A stretch of 64,000 nt of DNA from Utricularia gibba (Eukaryota; Plantae; Magnoliophyta), in assembly GCA_002189035.1 (NCBI GenBank), contig NEEC01000017.1, positions 1,798,001 to 1,862,000 on the forward strand, read 5' to 3'. Below are positions 58,587-64,000 of the stretch, one piece after another. Position numbers and translations under genes: made by a program. Position 1 is the first letter of the stretch, and each line of letters starts with the position of its first letter. The notes beneath the pieces were generated by a model. That model made no database searches, was not told where the DNA came from, and saw only the letters and a program-made list of their open reading frames with translations.

Positions 58587-61260
58587 CTTTCTTTTCCTTC
58601 TTCTTTTTTCCCTTTTCTCTTTTTTTATCGGCAACTAAGAGCTACATCTACGCTTGAAAATGCACCTAAAGTATTACAATCGAAGATTCATCGGAGCAAA
58701 GGAAACTTTCTTCTACCCTCTACACCCCACAGAAGAGGAGTATATGGGAGTCGCGTCGAGAGCGACGCCGGCCATGGCGGTGACGGCGATGGCGATCCCT
58801 ATAATTCAACGCGGATAGCAGACCCTTCATATCACCTTTTAATCGTATAAATGGACATCACTCGTCACGCAATTTAATTATAAAATTACGTATTAACCAC
58901 TCCACCCATCATATGCATTTATTTAATTTCATTCACAACACGCACAATCATTATTGAACACGTTTTTTAAAATAATTATTTAAATTAAAATATAAATAAT
59001 ATAATCATAATTAGCTACCAAACATACAACTTCTTGATTCATAACACACAAATCATCTTCAAAGTTTCCATTGATAATTCTATATACAATTCTTTTTTTA
59101 AAAAAAAAATTGGTACTACGATAAATCTACCCCTCCATCTAAGTTTATATAAACCAGTCCAGATGGATGGATATATATACGGATTGAAAATTACTATCGA
59201 AAAAGGTGAGTTTATATAAAGATAAACTTATAAAAAAACACTTAAAGTTTTGATCAATTAAAAAGTTTAACTTAAAAAAAACACATCTAATTATCAAAAC
59301 CGTGTAATGAAGATTCAAACGATTTTCAAAATTTTAAAAAGTAAATCGATTCACGATATTATAAATTAACACTAATTTTATATCCAAAAAAATTTTATAA
59401 TATACTTTTTTACATTTACATACAAAATTCGATGAATCAAAATCATTTATTAGAATTATATCATATTTATATCTCGTGATTTTTAGAATTCAATGAGGAT
59501 AACTCATCAAAAGATGATGAATTGAAGTTGTAAATATTGTTTACAATGATGTACATTATAACAATATTAGGATACTAACCAATTAGTTTTGTAAATATGA
59601 ATGATTAAATATGTAATTTTGTAAATTTAGATGTAAAATATTTACAAAAAAAAAGAAAGTTAAAAGAACTAAGAAATAATTTTAAAATTTAAATTCTTTA
59701 TACTGATTCTAACTTAGAGTGACACCAACAAACTACATTATTTATATAAACCATGATCTTAAAAATGCAGAGTACATCGAAAAAAAAATGTTACTATCGA
59801 GTAGTTGTGGTCTTGAATTGGATCGCTAAGCTGTAGTCATTTTAGTTGTATCCTTACACATCAAGGGGTAAGAGTGGTGTTAATCAAGCTTGGGTTATAA
59901 GCAAATAATGAGATTCCTTTCTTAGAAGATTAGGCCTCCTTGGATCCCATCAATTACAAGCCAATGAGAGGCGCGGGAGGGTGAGGGTGAGGGTGACCCC
60001 AGCCAAGTGGATGTTCTTAAGCCTTCTTACCACACAGCTTTCAAGCGGATCGGATCTCGGGAATGGTCCCTAATTGGACAAGTTGGAAATAACAAATATT
60101 TAATGTTTTTGGATAAATAAAGTATTATACGTTTTTTGAAATTAAAAAAATAATTGAATATACATATTTTCCATAAAACATTAATTAGGGTGGTTTAGGA
60201 TAAAATGTTTATATTTAAATTTAAATTTATTATTAGAATATGTAAATTTTAGATATCAATTTGAGGGGTGATTTTGAAAAATAATCTTTGTGAATTTACT
60301 GTGTGAGAAATCTATCTATACTATATGTATTTTTTTGTGTGTGATAGAAATATAAGTTGGATAATTTTAAAAACAATCCCAATTTTGAGAGTCTGGAGAT
60401 GTATTAAATGTCTGAAGACCCTATTAATCTGGGGATTAAAATTAAGATCCTTAAGACCCTATTAAGGAGGATTGATGAATCTCACATGGGAAATAAATAA
60501 ATATATTATGATGTAATAAATATTGAAATATTTGACCAGCATAAAATCATGAGAAATTGAAATTTTATTTGAACCAACTTCTATATATGTAGCAATGCTT
60601 CATTCACATTTTTGTTATTAAATTTGAACATTTTTTTTATTTTTAAAAAGTTATATAAAATTTTTCAAAATCACTTTTCACTTATCTAAAAACTATATCA
60701 AATATAAGTATAAAATAGATAAAATCATGCACATTCACATCATACCGAGGTCATCTTTATAGATTGGTTCATAATTTTGAGCATGTATTAGGGGTTTATT
60801 TTGTATTTTGAATATATAATTTAGATTATATAGAATAAAATTTATTTTAAAAATAAAATCAATTTAATATTATAAAACTGTTTTATAGAATATTATAAAT
60901 CATATTACACACGTTAGTAAAATAAACTATGTATTATAAAAATTCATTTATTAAATTATTATATAATTTAATATTATGATATAAATATATTTTAAAAAAT
61001 ACAAAATAAAAAATTATAATTTTTCTAATTAATTTTTTTATTTAACTATTCAAACAGAAATTAAAAAAATTAACAATCTTTAAGTTAATAAAAAAATATG
61101 AATTTTTGTTTTATCATTAAACGATTAAAATGATAATCTTTAAAAATTAATTAAAATCTTTTATGTAACAAGCGTTGGACCGCGTAATCATTAAATGTAT
61201 AAAATTTAGTCATATATTTAAATAGAATGTCTCACATTTTATTGCTACTCGTAGTCGTCC

Positions 61261-61270
61261 GACACGTGGC
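61261..61270 (+). promoter_or_regulatory. ABRE/G-box (GACACGTGGC) upstream of CAMTA
   Basis: Exact consensus match about 320 nt upstream of the ATG. Confidence 0.5.
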
Positions 61271-61584
61271 AGGTGGAAAATTGAATGCTTTTCCGGTATC
61301 TGTTTCTTGTAACCGCTGATTGCCTGTTAATTAACCAAGAATAAAAAAATAAAATTGAAATTAATTTCTTCTCCTCTTCTAATCATAGAGCGGCATCTTC
61401 AAGCTCTTACTTTTCTAGTCCACTTTGGCGGTTGGGATCTCAACTCTGCAGCTCCACTCGTCAATTTTCACTGCTCTTCTTTTGTCGTTCGCGGAGTAGA
61501 GTACTTCACGGACTCTATAATCTTCAAGGGCGCCGGCGGCTTCTCATCTACCATTACTTCGTCATGTGAATTCTCCGCACTCCT

Positions 61585-64000
61585 ATGGAATCAGGTACTT
61601 GCTTTTGGTTTATATTTGTCATTTTCTGCTTTTCCGCATTCTGTGTTTATGGATTTCAATCTTCATTTTGTTTCTTCGCCTTGCGTTTGGTTTTAATTTT
61701 TTGAGATGGATATTTTTCTACTTGTTTGAACCTGCTGTCTGATTGTTTTCGATGTCTTCAAGGGAACAGGCGAAGATATTTAATATGGTAGTTGGATTAA
61801 TTAAACGAGTCGGCTTAATGTTGTTTGGAATCAAATAGTTATGATGTTAATGAAGAGATAGGGAGAATGTGGAATCAAAATTTACGTTCAATGTGCAATC
61901 CGTTTTTGGAACTTCAGGTTACGATTTGAGTCATCTTACTCGGGAAGCTAAAATCCGGTGGCTGAAGCCAGCGGAAGTGTTTTTCATACTGCGGAATTGT
62001 GACGAGAATCAGTTTACTCAAAGTGTTCCCAAAAACCCCCCTGGTAATGTGTTTAATTAGGCACATTTCTAATTTTACCATGAAATGGAAAAAACTTATT
62101 TTCTGCTTAATTTGTGGCTTCTCAAAAGGTGGATCCCTCTTTTTTTTCAATAAGAGAGTACTAAAATCTTTTCGCAAAGACGGTCATAGTTGGCGTAAAA
62201 GGAAGGATCAGAGAACTCTCGCTGAAGCTCATGAACGCCTTAAGGTTCATATCATCTTTTTCAGTGTCATTCTTGTGTTGGATTTTGTTGATTATTTTTT
62301 TTACGTTTAAACTATATTTCCATTTCTTTGCTTTGGAATTAAAAATAGGTGAATAATCCAAACCTAAGGTTGTCACAGGTGGTGGTAGAGTTAATGAGAG
62401 GTTGATTGTTCAGATTCCTCCCCATCCAAGCCTATAGGAGAAACAGAATAGATGTGTGTTGTATGGTCTGCATTGTTTTTTTTTTCTTTTTTTTTGCGAA
62501 AAAAAAAAAAAGATTCTCATTGAAGACCTAGCCGTTTATTTGCATATATTAGCTGAGACCTAGTTTTATATGTGGTTTTGGGATGTCCACGGGAGCTTTT
62601 TCATTAAGATTCTATTATTTGTAGGTTGGAAATGCTGAAGCTTTGAACTGCTATTATGCCCAAGGAGATCAGAACCCTAATTTTAAAAGGCGGAGCTATT
62701 GGATGTTGGATCCGTAAGCTTTTTTAAGCCACAGGGATAAATATGAATGAAATATCCTAATTCCTTGTATCTCAATGTTGGAGACTGAAGATGGTTTTTG
62801 TTTCACAATTGCAATCCTGCAGTGATTATTCTAACTGTTATTAAAATATTCTTTTTATTTTTTTAATTAGGGTTTATGATCATATTGTTCTTGTTCACTA
62901 CAGAGAAGAATCCGAGGTAATCCTTGGGGTTGCTTGCCATTGCTGTTTAGGTGGCCAATTTTTCATTAAAATGAGATAGCTAAGGGAAAAAAAATTCACC
63001 TTATTTTTCAGTGTAATATGTGAAATGGATTGTTCACGTAGGGGTTCATATTTTCATCAAGCGCACTCAAACTGATCCTGTGTTTAGAAAATAAAATTTC
63101 TTTTCACACAGTGGGACATCAATACCTTATAATATAATGCCTGTGGGAGTCCACTCATCTTTAGGTACTTCTTGTCCTCTATGCTAGAACCTCAACATAA
63201 ATTTAGTAGAAAATTTTTGTGGTTATTCACTAGATGGATTTATGATTCTACATCCATGGTTATTTAATTCAGTCCCAGAAATACTCATCCAGATTTTTTA
63301 TGTGAATACAGAGTAGAGTGGATGCTGGACCGACATCTGTGCTTTCAGGGTATTCTTCTGACGCATATCAACATGAACCGTCTTCAGCCTATGATGAGTC
63401 ATATGCTCTCTACAATAACGAATCCAGTCCTGGATCTATGGAGATTAGCTCTAGTCAAATTCAGATGAACATTGGTGTAAGTCAATTAGATGCAAGAAAT
63501 ATTACAGATGAGGCCACTGGTTCATCATCACTGGAGTTTGATCGAGCATTGCGGAAACTTCAACGAGATTTGAGTCTAGATGATGAGAGAGAAGAAACAT
63601 ATGAATTCTGCAGTAACAATGAGGATTCATATGGTATACAATATTCTCAGGGGAATCCGCTTTGTCAGCAAATTGGTATTTCCCTTTCTCTTTTCTTTCT
63701 GTTCTTCCCTTCTAGTCAAGTAAATCTCTGTACAATTATGGTTGGTGTAATGGATAACCTGGAAACTCTGATGGCTCTACATTTGTTTGCAGAGCATTAT
63801 CACGCCCCTGAGCACACAGTTAACAAGAAGATGCCTAACTCCTTGACTGACTCACATGCTGAGTTTCTGCCACATTTTGAAGGTCAGAGCGCTTTTATTA
63901 TTCTCCACCTCGATACCTATCAATGTATCTGTAGTTCGTGGTTGAAGGGAGGCAATTATTTTATCTTATTTCTCTAGGTACTAGTCTTGCGGCAAATCAT
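61585..64000 (+). CDS. CAMTA: Calmodulin-binding transcription activator (CAMTA4-like), 3'-truncated by the window edge; exons 61585-61594, 61918-62043, 62129-62244, 62625-62713, 62871-62916, 63312-63675, 63793-63882, ...
   Basis: CG-1 DNA-binding domain: EAKIRWLKPAEVFFIL, LFFFNKRVLKSFRKDGHSWRKRKDQRTLAEAHERLK|VGNAEALNCYYA, RRSYWMLD and HIVLVHYRE. Confidence 0.95.

Noticed and set aside
59820-60070. GC-richer island in the TBC-CAMTA spacer, with a (GGGTGA)3 repeat
   Set aside because: No recognisable ORF, RNA gene, miRNA or TE signature; possibly a distal regulatory or decayed element, but unsupported.

Overview
Gene-dense angiosperm nuclear DNA, probably from a eudicot (inferred from protein sequence and recalled Arabidopsis microsynteny). 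About 19 intron-containing or single-exon protein genes are separated by very AT-rich spacers. In order: gamma-glutamyl peptidase (3' part), IQ-BAG protein, squalene epoxidase, DUF21/CBS protein, PR-1/CAP-like gene, organellar AspRS, QWRF/SCO3-like, RPL5, DOMON-cytochrome b561, DUF3755, SPT16, MAP4K5/6-like kinase, a putative plastid membrane protein, an At4g24110-like protein, HLB1, RMT2-like methyltransferase, GPN2/QQT1, TBC RabGAP and CAMTA (5' part). I found no rRNA, tRNA, CRISPR, intact transposon or metabolic gene cluster. Main observations: (1) about 12 frameshifts in 8 genes, mostly 1-nt losses in G/C runs, most likely long-read consensus errors; (2) in-frame upstream ATG exons that would give new N-termini to SQE (through a U12-like intron) and SPT16 (through an ATG-AA micro-exon); (3) AT-AC, GC-AG and GTATCC introns together in QQT1; (4) a strong GC3 rise toward gene 3' ends. 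I see no firm evidence of a wholly new biological system. All gene models are hand-spliced and all homology calls are from recall, not database searches.
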